Below the pieces are notes generated by a model. That model saw only the letters and a program-made list of their open reading frames with translations. It was not told the origin of the DNA and did not search any database. Below, one piece after another: positions 25,180-39,086 of a stretch of DNA of 43,915 nt (positions are counted from its first letter, which is position 1; each line of letters opens with the position of its first letter). Position numbers and translations under genes: made by a program. The stretch lies in the NCBI GenBank assembly GCA_040357565.1, contig JBDODJ010000089.1; one strand, given 5' to 3'. The stretch is from Cercozoa sp. M6MM. Lineage: Eukaryota; Protista; Endomyxa: Ascetosporea.

Positions 25180-26870
25180 ATGCCAAATGGACGCGCCAAT
25201 TCGTCCTACGAGGCCAAACGTCGTGCCTATGCACAGAAGTTTGTCAGGAGGGCGGCGCAGTTGCTTCATGGTATGTGATGCTCTTTGAAGCGAGTCTTCT
25301 GACTAGAGTGATCGGAGTGTCGTTTGATGGGACTTATGCTGTGCGTGGCAGGTGTGCACAAAGCGCAAGAGCACGCCGACGACAGTGACGACGATAACGA
25401 GGAGGCGGAAGGCGCAAAGCAGCAGTCGCCTGCCAAGAAGCCTGACGGTTCCATCAAGTGCGTCATCTGTCTCGACAAGATCCGCAAGGACCTGTGCGTG
25501 CTTGGCGGCTGCGAGCACTTCTACCGTAAGCTTTTGCGTTTTCGATCTTTGTAAAGTTAAATATATCTCATTCACGCTCGCTTTTTACAGATGCCGATTG
25601 CGTTTCTCGCTGGTCAAGGCGGCAGAATACATGTCCGACATGTCGCGCTGAGTTTGCGGTACACTTTACCTTCCTGCCTTTGCTCTGTTAGCCAAGATAC
25701 AGACGGTTCGATTTGCGCAGTGCTACCAGATCGTGCGTGATGTGCCGCACTTTATGAAAACAGGTGAGGTGGTGAAAGTCACTCTGCCTCCAGCCTCTCC
25801 TGCTGCGGCAGAACAACCGCCTCGCAAGCGTCGTCGCATCGTGCGCTTTTGTCTTTGTCCCTTATTGCCCCCTTCTTGGTCATCCTTTTATTATTTTATT
25901 CACTAACTGCAGTCGAGAAGCACGTTTGAATTCGACTCAGACGAAGAGCCGGAGGACTGGCCTGAGGGCACGCCGAGGCGGCAGCGACGACAGCAGCGGC
26001 AACAACAACAAACGTCAGCGAAAGAGGACAGCGCCAAGTCGAAAAAGCGTCCGCGGCTCCGACTGAGGAAGAGGCAAACAGGTGCTGCCGCCGTGCCTTC
26101 TCTGTCCAAGAGTCAGCGACAGCAGCTGCAGCGAAAGCAAGTCGACGCGGCCACACGAGACCTCGTGCTGGTGCGACTGGGCGGCGACGAGGAGCGACGT
26201 TTCGTGCCACCGTTCGTGCGCGACTTTCGCGAGGCCTGGCAACACGGCCGTGTCGGTCACCTGCACTTTGCCGTGCCGTTCTACCCGCGCCATCAGGAGG
26301 TTCGCGGTCCTGCCGCCATGCACATGGCCGACCGGCGACAGCAGCACCGCGAGGCACTGTACTTTGGGCTTCCTCTTACCTCGGGGGGGGGGGGGGACTC
26401 GTTGTTGCACGTGTGTATCTGCAGTGAGCGACAAGCGAATATTATGCACCGCGATTTGCGTGAGCAAGTGGCTCGTCTCATGGCTCGGGTAGCCTCCTGC
26501 ACTCTGAGGTGTGTATATGTATATATAAATTGGGTGGGTGCTAATTGAGCAGCGCGATGAGGCGCGACGGCGGCGTGAGGCGATGGTTCAGCGACAGCAC
26601 GCGATCGAACGCCTGCGACACGAAGATGCGCTGCGCCGAGTGCTCGAGGAATCGCGTCGCGACCACCGTCTCAGACAGCAGCACCTCGGTATCGCCTTCC
26701 TCCCGTCCAACAATATCGCCGTTGAGTCTTTGCACTGTACGCGCACCTGTGTCGCAGACGAACCGGAAGAGATCGTCGATCTCACAACAGAGGGAGAGCA
26801 GTCCTCGTCCTCGGCAGTGGTCGACCTCAGCGAAGGCGATGACACCGATGAGATTATTGATCTCACGTGA
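25180..26870 (+). CDS. RING-H2 E3 ligase candidate with C-terminal UIM and three SUMO-interacting motifs
   Basis: Spliced RING-H2 CVICLDKIRKDLCVLGGCEHFYHADCVSRWSRRQNTCPTCR; UIM-like EDALRRVLEESRR; terminal EEIVDLT, VVDLSEGDD and EIIDLT*. Confidence 0.85.
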
Positions 26871-27232
26871 GCTCGTTGACGTGCCTCTGATGCGTCTGTT
26901 TCGTTTCGTCCCAGAATTTCTGAGTCCGCGATCGAGTTCACTCACTCGCATCGACTAACGCCCGGGTCCGATCGACGCCCATCGTACGGTATGTCGTGTC
27001 CGAGCCAAGCTCGCGCACAGCCTGGTCCGGTCGGCTCGCTTGCCTTTTGTTCGTTCGGTTCAGTTTTTCCGTGTCAGTTCAATGTTCAATTGGTTAAATT
27101 TTATGGTTATGTTGGTTACGGCATACGATAGCAATTCTCAGGCAATCAGCCAAGTCTCCCATCAAACTACTCGCGTCGTCAGCGCACCGCAACGCGAACG
27201 ATCAAATCTGAACCATTTTATGCGATAGATAG

Positions 27233-27396
27233 CACCAACCATGAAGTCGACTTCGGTGTCTGGGGAACGTCAAAAGGGGAGTTGTATGGTCCTACCCTAA
27301 GCGGGCGGTAGACACGGCCATGCTCTTGTGACCCACCCCAGACTGGTGCAGGGGAACTACATAGTTGGTTTCCTACAAGACTCAACTAACTATATG
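27233..27396 (+). mobile_element. Short interspersed element (SINE or 5'-truncated LINE tail), copy A, with 14-bp target-site duplication
   Basis: Flanked by a perfect direct repeat tatgcgatagatag (27219-27232 and 27397-27410). Its last ~110 bp match copies at 30426-30536 and 41408-41502. It ends in a hairpin plus caactaact. Confidence 0.75.
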
Positions 27397-27445
27397 TATG
27401 CGATAGATAGATACCATAAGTTTATAGAAGGATTTGTTTTGCTAG

Positions 27446-30290
27446 GTATCTCCTGCAGTAAATCCTGAGGCTTCCACCTTGCATACTCAAGTGTTGTGCA
27501 GACCTGACTTCCTGGCTTGGGTCAAGCTTTCTAAAGCTCACGCACTTTGCAGTGCTTGGCTGCTTTCATAAGCCTTCAAGCTTCCGACGACTTTTTCTAA
27601 AACGAAAGGTATGTCCGCTTCGACGCCTTTCTAGTTAACACTTCCTTTATTTAATTTAGTCGTCTTCAATACCTTAGTTACTGGTTTCCACTCATACCGT
27701 AACAGTAACGTTATCGGCGACTGAACTATCTAACTAACGGTGCTGCGTTACAATTTGCGTTTCGCGACGTCGACGCGCGCTTTTATTTTTGGTGCTGTGC
27801 ACAGTGGGGTTGACCATACGTACTGGAACTGACAACAACCTGATATTGGTATCGGCATAACTTTTATTCTAGCGTCGAGTGGTTCCGTTCAGTTGGTATT
27901 TGTCCGGTGACTATTTTTTCCAGGTCAGCTCTCGAGATCATGTCCTTCATTCGCTGCTAGACTGTCGTTTGTGCATGCCAACAGCTCTCAGACCGAACAC
28001 GTGCAGCCTTTCGGCAGCACTGAGGAACTTAAACTCCGCGTGTTTCCCGCACTTTGACGTCACAAATCCTGCGATTGGACTGAGCGTGTGTCGCGCAGTG
28101 ACTGCACGCTTGAATGCGCTGTTCCAATTCGTGCCCGTGAAAAACGACGTGCAGTTGCTGCAGGTTCGGGAGGCGGCATTTGCAGGTCCCCATTGCTTCA
28201 TGTACATCGATACAGCAGTACCTCCTCCGCTTCCTCACAATCTTAGGTTTGAAAATCGTCGAACACGCCCTGCTACTGGAGAATTGCTCGGACGACGTCA
28301 AACTCGATACCGAGCAGGTGGAGCCTGGACCGAGGCTACTCGAGAAGCTCCACCGTCGCTGTGCCAAGCCAGATATGCAAGAATTACGCGGTGTGGCAAG
28401 ACTTCGTGAGGTCACAGTCGAGAAACTCAAGTACCTGAAATTTATCAATTTACATACAAACCCCAGCACGTGGAGCTCAACACACTTCATGATGTGTGCT
28501 CGTTCGTCGACGTGGTCCGCAGAGAACTGCTCGGATCGCCGTTTCAACAGAAACTCAGCGAACTGTATGCTGGTGTCGGAAGCTTTGATGCAATTGATGC
28601 CGACGTGCTGTTTGAAACAATGACCATGTGTGCAACTGCCTGGCTTTTCACCTGCTGCTCAAACAGTGCGATACTCGGTGATTGTTTGCTCTTGTTGAAC
28701 ACTGACATTCTGTTGAAGCATCAAGAATGGAGACGCGATATCTTTCCGCGAGTGGAGTTAGTAAGAGTGTCGTCCATGCCTACCTGCGCTACCTTTCAGA
28801 AGGGTACCTTTGATACTTCTGCCCTATTGAACGATTTTTTCGTGAACACAGAGCTCCGAGTGCGCCTCCCCGACTTCTGCAACACTGATGTTCGATTGAA
28901 CGACTTGTGCAGTGCACTGCGATGTACAGCGGCGGAAGCTTATCTCGAATCAAACGGTTGCAGCAACGACTCCGCCAAAGTCACTCAAACAAATCACTGC
29001 GCTCATGAACTAGCACTGGCAACGGAAAGCATCTTGAACGACGCCGTTCAGGCAGTGTCTGGTCGACTGTCGTCCCTGAGTCCGGAGTACAGCAGCGCGC
29101 TGGCCATCTCATGTCGCGTTTTGGTGCGCTCAGTGCTCGGCATTAACAAAAAGCACCCTTCGATCGCTCTGTCACAGCGAAAACTGCACAAGCTAACTGC
29201 AACAGTGTCCGAAACACTCAAGCTGGCTGCGGCACTCGATGTGTACCGTTGTTCTGAAGCGATGACCACTCGAAAGAGCGAAGAAAAGATCGAAAGTATC
29301 TTGCGTCTGTCAGTGCGTTCAAGCCCTTTGAAAGAAAACTCTGCGATCAACAACGACTTCAACGACGAAATCGCCGCTGCCGACGGCGTGGTCCGCGGGC
29401 GAGGCGAAACTTCAATGGTTTTGGCTGCACGCAGCGTGATTCGCGAGTTGAACTCGATGTCGTGTGCGTCGCTGCAGCAGCTGTCCACTCCGACACTCGC
29501 TCTCGTGACAGCCCTGCGCGACCAACAACGTGCACTGCTGCGCGCATTGCCGCACTTTGCTTGTTCAACGTCGTTGATTTGTGACGCAGTTCTGCACCGA
29601 TTTTCAAAAGGTAAAACTGGGTTTCGTTTGCGTTCTTGAAGGCACAAAGCCCCTATTCATTGCAAGTGCAGCCTCGGCGTCAACTACCCAAAACTTACCT
29701 GCACCTTGTGTTTTGACGCGAGAGAAGAACACTCTGTGGTCCCTCGGCTGCGCCGTCGGTATCAGTTCTGGGGCTCAAGCTACAATCGCTGTGCGAATCC
29801 TCGACTCGGTAAATTGACTCCAAATGCTCCGGCCTTTTTGCCTTCAATCCCAGCAAAGAAAACAAGCACATGTTGATGCCAGGATGAGGTGCGGTGGTAT
29901 TCCTCAAACAATGTGTCGCTAATTCGAGACATTGAGCTGCAACACGAGTCACAAGGCAACAGAGTTCTCGCTGCAAAGCAGGGCTCTCCGCACTTGCATG
30001 CTGCGACCATCAAACACGTGCAAATTGAGCAAGGATGTGCCCACTTCCACGTGCGTTTTAACCAACACGAAACGGAACCAAGCCATACAGGAGACGAAGT
30101 TGTTTGGGGTGAGTTTCAACGCCTCGTCCTGCCGGGTGCTCGCTCCGTACCAGCAGTCGTGCCACTGTCCCTTGTTAGCGAAGATGCTGAGATCCAGCGA
30201 CTTCTACAGTGGCCAAACCACCGTGTTGAGAAAGTCCTAACTGCCTGCACTACGCATATCAAGAGTCTTACTGCTCCTACTGTTGTTTAA
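27446..30290 (+). CDS. Hypothetical protein (long exons, short ~30-50 nt introns); start unresolved
   Basis: ORFs 27879-28409, 28180-28623, 28470-29639, 29581-29817 and 29889-30290 link through short GT-AG introns such as gtaaaactgg..ttgaag at ~29611-29641. No family recognised. Confidence 0.65.
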
Positions 30291-30425
30291 TTGGCGGCCC
30301 AATCGTAATATGTGCTCATTGTACTAGCAGGCAGTACCATTTCAATGTACTTAGTCGTGTATATCAGTTCGACTGACGCGGACGTGATGGCTCCGGGACG
30401 GGAGGTTGTCACTAAAATATTATTC

Positions 30426-30536
30426 GTTAGTTGAGTCTTCTAGGAAACCAAGTATGTAGTTTCCCTGCACCAGTTCGGGGTGGGTCACAGGAGCGTGACC
30501 GTGTCTACTGCCCGCTTTGGATAGACCATACGTAGT
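30426..30536 (-). mobile_element. Short interspersed element copy B (inverted relative to copy A)
   Basis: Reverse complement gtatggtctatccaaagcgggcagtagacacggtcacgctcctgtgacccaccccgaactggtgcagggaaactacatacttggtttcctagaagactcaactaac aligns nearly ungapped with 27284-27390. Confidence 0.8.
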
Positions 30537-30734
30537 CGAGTATCGTACCCCCCCTCGGCGCGGGCCGATCGACAGTACGGTACGCTACCCGCTACAATCT
30601 GAATTCTATTTACGTAACTTATACTACTCTCGTGTACGTGTACAGTCTCCGCTCTGGCGCGTCCCGAGCCGCATGCGATGCCAGGCAGTACGAGAAGTGG
30701 CGCCAAACGGAAGACTGGCGTACCATACCGTAGG

Positions 30735-31050
30735 CTACGCCTGCATGTGCGTCATGGCGACATGGGCGTTTGAGCCATGACGACCCGTGGCACGGAGCTC
30801 AGAGTCCTGTGCGAATACACCAAAATAAGGAGATACTGACGGTAGATTCAGTCGTACGCTCTGAACGGAAGACGCATCGGATTCTGCACGCACGTCGCGG
30901 TCGTAATCATGTGCTATGCATGTCATAGGCACATTACACGGGCACATCGACACAAGCAGAGACAAGACGTACTGCTGCGACCAAGAGTCTCCGGTCTCTG
31001 TGTGCGGCGTGACGGATTCTTTCTGCACACACAGTTTAGTTACCCACCTC

Positions 31051-31098
<48 letters not shown>

Positions 31099-31108
31099 NN
31101 NNNNNNNN

Positions 31109-31157
<49 letters not shown>

Positions 31158-31838
31158 GACAGGGCACCCGTGTCTCTCGTAGTAGGCCAGCTCGAACTGC
31201 AGCTCTCCCAACCTGCATTTGATTCGTTGAAGTAAAAGTCAAGGTAGGTTTAAATACAAGCAACAGAGACAAAAACTACCGACGCTCGTGTTCGCGGTAG
31301 CGGCCGCGCACCTTGCCGGCATTCTCGATGAGCTGCGTGTACTCCTCGTCCAGTTGCTCCAGTTCTTGCAGGCACTGCATACACACACACCATACACAAC
31401 GTACAGCATCCTCTTCCTGAGAGATAATCTTAGACTAGAGTAGCAGCAGACACCTCAACGACACGTCGCTTGGGCTTTGACATTCGGCGAAGTGCACTGC
31501 AGGCACAAATGAAAGTAGTAAACTTGTGGGGAAGAGATATTTTATAGAAATTGTGCGGGAAAGTACCGCTGCTGCTGATCCTCTGACATGTTGCTCAGTC
31601 CACCTGAACGCATGCGCGAATGTTATGTATAGAAGAAGACACAGGTGACACTGTAGCAGCGTTGTACCCATGTCAACGCCCGAAGTACTGCCAGCACCAG
31701 CGATGCTTGAACCAGTTGTCTGTCACGCACGCACATTTAATCTGCTTGCACCTTGCACAGCAAGCACAGAAAATGAACCGAAATTCGCACGTCGAGTTCG
31801 TCGCCCATGGCCGCCCTGGAGAGCGACAGTACAACATC

Positions 31839-31889
<51 letters not shown>

Positions 31890-33731
31890 ACAGGCACACA
31901 CACACAGGAACATACTTGAGCTTGGGCAGCATGACGAGACAGGAAGCGCCAACGACACACCAACACACCAACTACAGACAACGGCACACACGGAAGTACA
32001 GGAGTACGGTAGATCTGGTCACGAAATGGACAGGAGCTACAAGCACTGTGGCGAACTCGTCGGCATCGGCGACGCTGTGAACCACCAAACCCAGAGCACC
32101 TACCAACCAACAGCACAGCTAGCTTTCATCGACCAAGCAGACACAAGGCGTCGTACCAGTGATTACGGCGTTCACAATGGCCAGTCCAACACTCTAAGCA
32201 ATGACAACATCAGAGCATAGACAGGACCCCTCTTCATATGTGCACAGACTGGTGTACAGAGGCGTCGTTAAACAGACTTGGCACGTCACGCAGTCTGCAC
32301 CGGAGGAGACACATAAGCAAAGTTCTAATGCGACACACGTAAAGCAGCTCCTACTGGAAGTTGACGTAGCCGCCGCCGAGCAAAAAGAGAGCGTCGATGG
32401 TGACAATCTGCACTTGAGCAATGCCAAGGACAGGGATAGGGACTAGGAGAAACAGGGGAGGTACCACGCCCATGATGACATCGTGCGCCACCTTGTGATC
32501 GTTGTCGTCGTCGATCTCGCACTGCGGACGCGCGTCATCCAGCACCTGTCAACACACCCAAAGTGCACACAGGTATTGTGCAGCTATGCATGTATAGAAC
32601 AACATGTGCACACACCTTGAGAGGCGCCACACCGACAGACACGGCAAGCAACACCAACTGCACAGTCACAATGGCGAGCACCCACTTGAGCAGTCTGTAG
32701 CATACGTATATCGACATATTCTATATATAGAAAGACTGGTTTTGTAAAGACAAGGCCCACGTGGAGTTGTGAATGACGGCACTGCGCAGGTACTTGTTGC
32801 GGAACACGCGGAACAGTCGGAAAGAACGCACCAGCAGCGCCTGTCACCAGCACCAGAGCAAGAATGAGCACCCCTGTTTACCCAAGGTTGGTGGAGAGCA
32901 GGAATATACCGAAAAGAGCGCCGCCAGGGACACAAGCAGCAGCAAGCGACGTGCGTTGCACAGCGTTGTCGTTGGCGTCACCAAGAACAACACGCACGAC
33001 ACACTGTGCCACACACACATATTAATAAATAAATATAAATATATATATATATGCATATATGTACACACTAGGAGTCATAAGGATAGGGTACAGAGCGAGC
33101 ATGCCGCACGACAAAAACAGCAACAGGAACGGAACCGATGTCTGCACACCCAAGCGTAACTACGGGTAAGTATGAAGGATTAAGGCGAATACCGCATGCA
33201 TAACTCGCGTGTCACGCTTCCAGAAGGCCAGCGCCATCAGCACGGCCAGCACCAGGAAGCACACGACCAGCACAGCGATGCCGACGCTCACCTGCGTCGT
33301 TGTCAGTGTCACGTCGTCCACGCACACCTACCAGAACGCATATGCAAGGAGTAAGGAAAGGATAACGGGGGGGGGGGGGTATAAACCTGCAGGTCGTCCA
33401 GCGGCACGCCGGCAGTCGTCGCTGTCTCCACGAGCGCCGGCAGCGCGTGGCGGAAGGACATGTGGATGTCGCCCCCACCGCACGGATTCACCGACACCAA
33501 CACCCGCTGCTGCAGGTCGTCGCCTGTTTCCCCCGAGGGTCAGTAGTCAGTGAACAAATACGTACTTGCACACGAGATGGGTCTACCAGCAGAGACGAGA
33601 ATGGTGACAGTGTAAGCCGAGTCGAGAGGCTTGGTCGTTGCCAACACGGCATCGCGCACGTCGGCACTTCCATCCGCGATCGCACTACAAGAGGAGGGTA
33701 GGGTACAGCAAGAGTACCATGCCTATACACT

Positions 33732-33813
<82 letters not shown>

Positions 33814-35711
33814 CAGCTACGTAGAAGGAGCCACAAGATAGAGACCCGCAGGCTACAGACACAATTAAACATACAGGGTGGGGGGGGGGGGGTGGGTGGG
33901 TAAGGGTAAAGGAGCAAAATACCGCGTTGAGCAGCTCGAATTCGAGGAGCAGCAACTCGTGCGCACCTTGCAGTCGCTGTCCCAACTGCGGAAGGCAGGG
34001 GAGGGGTAAAGATACAGGAAGAAAGGACATGGAAGGGAAAAGACAGTACCGCATCCAGTGCCTCGATAGTGATGTGCATGTGCTCGCCGAGTTTGTACTC
34101 ATCGCGCTCCACCGACACGCCAAGCGAGTAGACACCGGTGCCAAAGTCGCCGCCGTAGGGCGCCACGTTGCCGCTGTTGCTGTTGCCGCTGACGCGGTCG
34201 ACCTCGCCGTTGGCGTCGACGCGTGCCACGTAGACGCCAGCACCCGCTACCGTGGCCGCGTTGTTACGGAATGTGTTGCTAGTACTACACGCACATTTCC
34301 ATATCTACCTGTCCATATAGACCCCTCTATAAGGACAATAGTGGGCAGTACATTTGTCCGCGCGCAACGTCCTCGACAAAAAGGGCGGCACCCGAGCGTG
34401 CTTCGTTTTGCGTACTGGAGGGGGGGGGGGGGGGTGGGTTAATAGTGTAAGGGTAAGGGAGTAATGGAAAACTACAAGCTGCACGAGTCCACATCGAAGC
34501 CGACGCTCAGCAGCGTGAGGTTCGACTTGCCACTGCACATACAACACCTTGCTTAGGCACCATAAGGGTGGGCGTAGAAAAGTAGATACCTGAAGGTGTC
34601 CATCAGCGCACGCAGAGCGTAAGTGTTACTCGTGATCATGACTGCACCTCCGTCCTGCACACATACATTGATATATATATATATATATATATAATATCAG
34701 GGAGGTTGGTCGAACAGCAGTGTTACCTCGGCAGAGTTGCCATCGAACGCGCACTCTCGCAGCGACACCTGTGTGCCAGCAGAGTGTATATGACAGGAGC
34801 AGAGAGTGTAAGTACGTTTGTACCATGGCATCGTCTTTGATGGCTGCATGCACAGCACCGCCCTCACGAGCCAGGTGGTTCGACAAGTGCACTCTGCGCC
34901 AGCATAGGTGTCACGTATTCTCCAAAACAGTGCACACTAAGGAAGCAGCTACCCAGACATCGTGAGGTTCACATTGTCAACTACCGACACGGCGGCACCA
35001 CCTGTACATTATAATACATATATATATATATATATATGTATGCATCTGTATACATGTGTATACCCTCATTGGCGAGGTTGTCGTGCCAAGTGCCGTTGAG
35101 AATGACGAGTTCGCACTCGCCCTCGGCGTCTGCAAAGACGTACAGAGAGATGGGGAGGGGTGCGAGGAGGAGGGGTAAGAAAGGGCAGTGTACACGCCAC
35201 GCCGCCGCGCACAGAGGCGGCGTTGTTGTGGAAGTTGCCGCCGCTGATCTCCACCTGACGAAAAAGAGACACCCATGCACACAAAGGGAAAGAGGAAAGA
35301 GGTGTCTCAGATGGCCTACCTGAGAGGTGCCGGTACAGGTGAGAACGCCACCACTGTCGGCCGTGTTGTCATAGGCCTAATGTCGCACATGCGAACGAAC
35401 CAGGAAGGGAGGAGTGGCGAGGACTACCTCGATATTTTGCAGTTCAGCCACGGTCGAGTCCTGCATGTCAACCGTGTCAATACGCACAGCACCTGCACAG
35501 CCACGCATGGACATACAAACAAACATATAATCAGATAAACATACATAAGCACACATACCACCTCGAGAGGCGCGGTTGCCTATGAGTCGCGTGTTGTGCA
35601 TGCGCAGATGCGAGCCTCCGCCTGGCACGCAAACAAGACATGCACGTACCAGATAGATAGATAATAAAGAGATAGATAGTAGAGAAAGAGCTAGATAGAA
35701 TAGAGAGAGCG

Positions 35712-35748
<37 letters not shown>

Positions 35749-38098
35749 TTACCCATGTCAGCAACGGCACCGAATTCCGAGGACTCGTGGTACTCAAAAA
35801 CCGAGTTGTTCACTGCAACGTAGACGTTCATGCCATCAGCCAAGATAGCGGCACCTGCACACAGAGTTGCACATGTACAAAACAGCTGTATGATAGAACA
35901 ACAGGGCAACTGTATAAGTGTACCCGCAGGCGAACGGTTCTTTCGGAAAACGCAGTTGTCGAACTGCCAACAAAAGCACAGGTACATACCACCTGGGCAA
36001 ACTCAAGTATTACATAGTAGGCACCTTGACAAAAACGAATGGTTCCGAACCATCCCCTGACCGCAGCACGGACATGTCTGCCGCACCGCCTTTGGGCGAC
36101 GCGTTCTCCTCGAACAGTACACTGTGGACAGACAGACATACACACATACATGACCATAGGTAAAACAGCCCGAAATAAAAAGACACAGGTGCGGATGAAT
36201 TTACTTGTCCACGAGCAAACGACCGGAGTTGATGAGAGTTTGGAGACCGCCTGTTAGACAGATACATACGTGCACATAGACACAGACACACACAGACACA
36301 GACAAACACAAGAAAGCAAGCTAAAAGGTACCGCCACCAACATTGGCGATATTGCGACTCACTTCCGAATTCTGAATGCGCAAGACGGCCATTCGCGGCA
36401 GCTGGAGCCAGAAGCCAGAGCCGGCACCATTGCCTTTGCCCCTAAAACCACAGTACATGCGCAGACGCAAAGTGACATGTGCAGAGTCAGGCATGATACG
36501 TGTTGTCGACGATAGTGACGTTGTCCATGACACCGCCTGCCGCAAGTCAGCATGTACAGAACCACGTGGTGAACACAGGAGGGTTTGATACCGCAGTTGA
36601 CATTGTAAACGGCACCGAACGAGACGGTGCTGCAATAAGAGGTGCTAATTCAACGACAGGCACTGACTGAAAGGAAAACACAACGACGCACCTGTTCCTG
36701 ATGGTGAGATTTTTCACGTCGACACGACCGATCGGATCGGCCATAATGGTCCGGTTGTACAGCGGCTCGAGCACGTCGTAGTCGAAGCGCCAGTCGAACG
36801 TGACGTTCGGGTTGGTATCGATCGGTAGCAGCTCGCGCTGGATGATCTCCTCGGTCAGGTTGGCGGTGGTGTCGTCCACCAGAATGTCGCGAACAACCGT
36901 TTCCGGCAGAGGCTTAAAGCAGACCGAGTAAAGTCCGACCTGAGTTGTAGACAGACACAGTATATGGGCACACATCCCGAGATAAGATACTGTACGCCGC
37001 GAGTAGCCTCCAAGTCCTCCACCAGCACATCGCGCAGGCGCAGGAACTGGTTGTACACGGAGTAGATGCAGCCGCCGTTCTCGGTTGACTGCAAGGTATG
37101 CTGTACTTTGTACATACAAACATTAGCAGAGTCCGTACATCGCTGAATTCGTTGAAGCAGTGGAGGTTTTGCACGTGAATTCGCTGGTTCGAGCGCATGT
37201 ATCTGGCAAACAGACAAACAATCCTCTCGTTCATCCACTCAATATAGACAAGAGGCAGACTACAGACACTGGCCATCTTCGTTGGCCTTAAGGCGTTCGC
37301 ACTGCACATTGCGCAGCACAATGTTGCTGTCCATGCCGGTTTCTGCCAGCGGCGTTCGCAACGAGTCGGGCAGTTTCGGTAACAGTTCTGGCGGCTACCC
37401 TCAAGAGACAGACATGCGCTGAATACAAATGCACATGCACAACATGAGGGAGGCAGATACCGCGCCGAAACCGGCAGTGGACCTGACACTGGTGGCGTGA
37501 ATGCAGCCACCGTCATTGGACGAGCGCAGGTACTCGCCTAGTTATATCGACAGCATATCACGGACTTTAAGGGGGACAAAGTTCAACACAGGCAGTGTAC
37601 ACTTGACATTCTCGGCATAGAACCGGCGCGTCTGCGTGGTTCTCAAACAACTGCGCAAACATATTATCAAAATACTACAGACAGTAAATCTGATATAAAC
37701 GGGAGTACCCTCCGTCTTTAGCTGCGTACACGTCGGTGCACGAGACGTCGCGAACATCCCAGACTTGCACGTACTGCGAGTAGAACGCAGCAGCTAGACT
37801 GGCGTCGTTCGATTCTGCAACCACACACGTCACTGAACAGCGACGAGAGAGGTAGCTCGGAAGCGTACGACTGATGTCGACAGCCGTGACGTTTCTGAGA
37901 AAGACCTGACCGCGCACGGGGTTGTTGTCGTGATTTGACGTGACGAGCACACCCGCTTGCGTCTGTTTTAACATGCAACTTACAATGAGGCCAGAGGACA
38001 AAGTGTGCACCTTGGTATCGACGTTGGTCGCCATGAAGTTTGTTACATTCACTCTTGGCTCGCCCATATTGAGCTGATAAAAACCCAAACTGCATCAT

Positions 38099-38143
<45 letters not shown>

Positions 38144-38625
38144 ACACACACACAGACACACAGACACACAGACACACAGACACAGACACACACAGACACA
38201 CATGCGCACTTACCGGGTCCCATTCAGTCGCCCACCGCGACGCCTCTATAGAAACCGCCACTCCCGCGAGTGGGTGCTGCAAGGTGAACAGTGCTTGAGG
38301 TAAAACGAGCAGGCTCAACAGGCACAGCAGGACAGTTTTACGGTTCCACTGAATTTGATATTTTTCACTTCGACGTTCTCGAGTGTGACCTGCGAACTTC
38401 CCGTATAGAACACGCCGTTAAAATAGTTGCCGCCGTCAAACTATAATTACAGCAAACCATTACCAACTTATTGAATCAATACAACTGTATCACTCTCGGA
38501 TCCGAGAAAACAATGTACCACGACGTTGGTCAATTTCGTCCTGGCGGGCCTAACATTGAACGCAGCAAGGCGTCCCAGTCCGGTCACGTCCTGGGTTGCA
38601 ACAGATATACCTTCCTCTCTTCACA

Positions 38626-38698
<73 letters not shown>

Positions 38699-38851
38699 AC
38701 ACACACCTCTCCGAGGTCAATGGCCAATGGATTCTGCGTGACACGGACGTCAACCATCTCGAAGAGTTCCAGGTATGGCGGGATGTAGAACGTCACACTG
38801 CACAACACACACACAAGCACACACACACACACACAAGCACACATACACACA

Positions 38852-38884
<33 letters not shown>

Positions 38885-39010
38885 GCACACATACACACAA
38901 GCACACACACNNNNNNNNNNNNNNNNNNNNNNNNNNNNNNNNNNNNNNNNNNNNNNNNNNNNNNNNNNNNNNNNNNNNNNNNNNNNNNNNNNNNNNNNNN
39001 NNNNNNNNNN

Positions 39011-39086
<76 letters not shown>

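Noticed and set aside
27284-30531. A 3.2-kb DNA transposon with ~110-bp terminal inverted repeats
   Set aside because: Copy A has its own TSD, other copies occur singly elsewhere, I saw no TSD around the whole segment, and the enclosed gene has no recognisable transposase motif.
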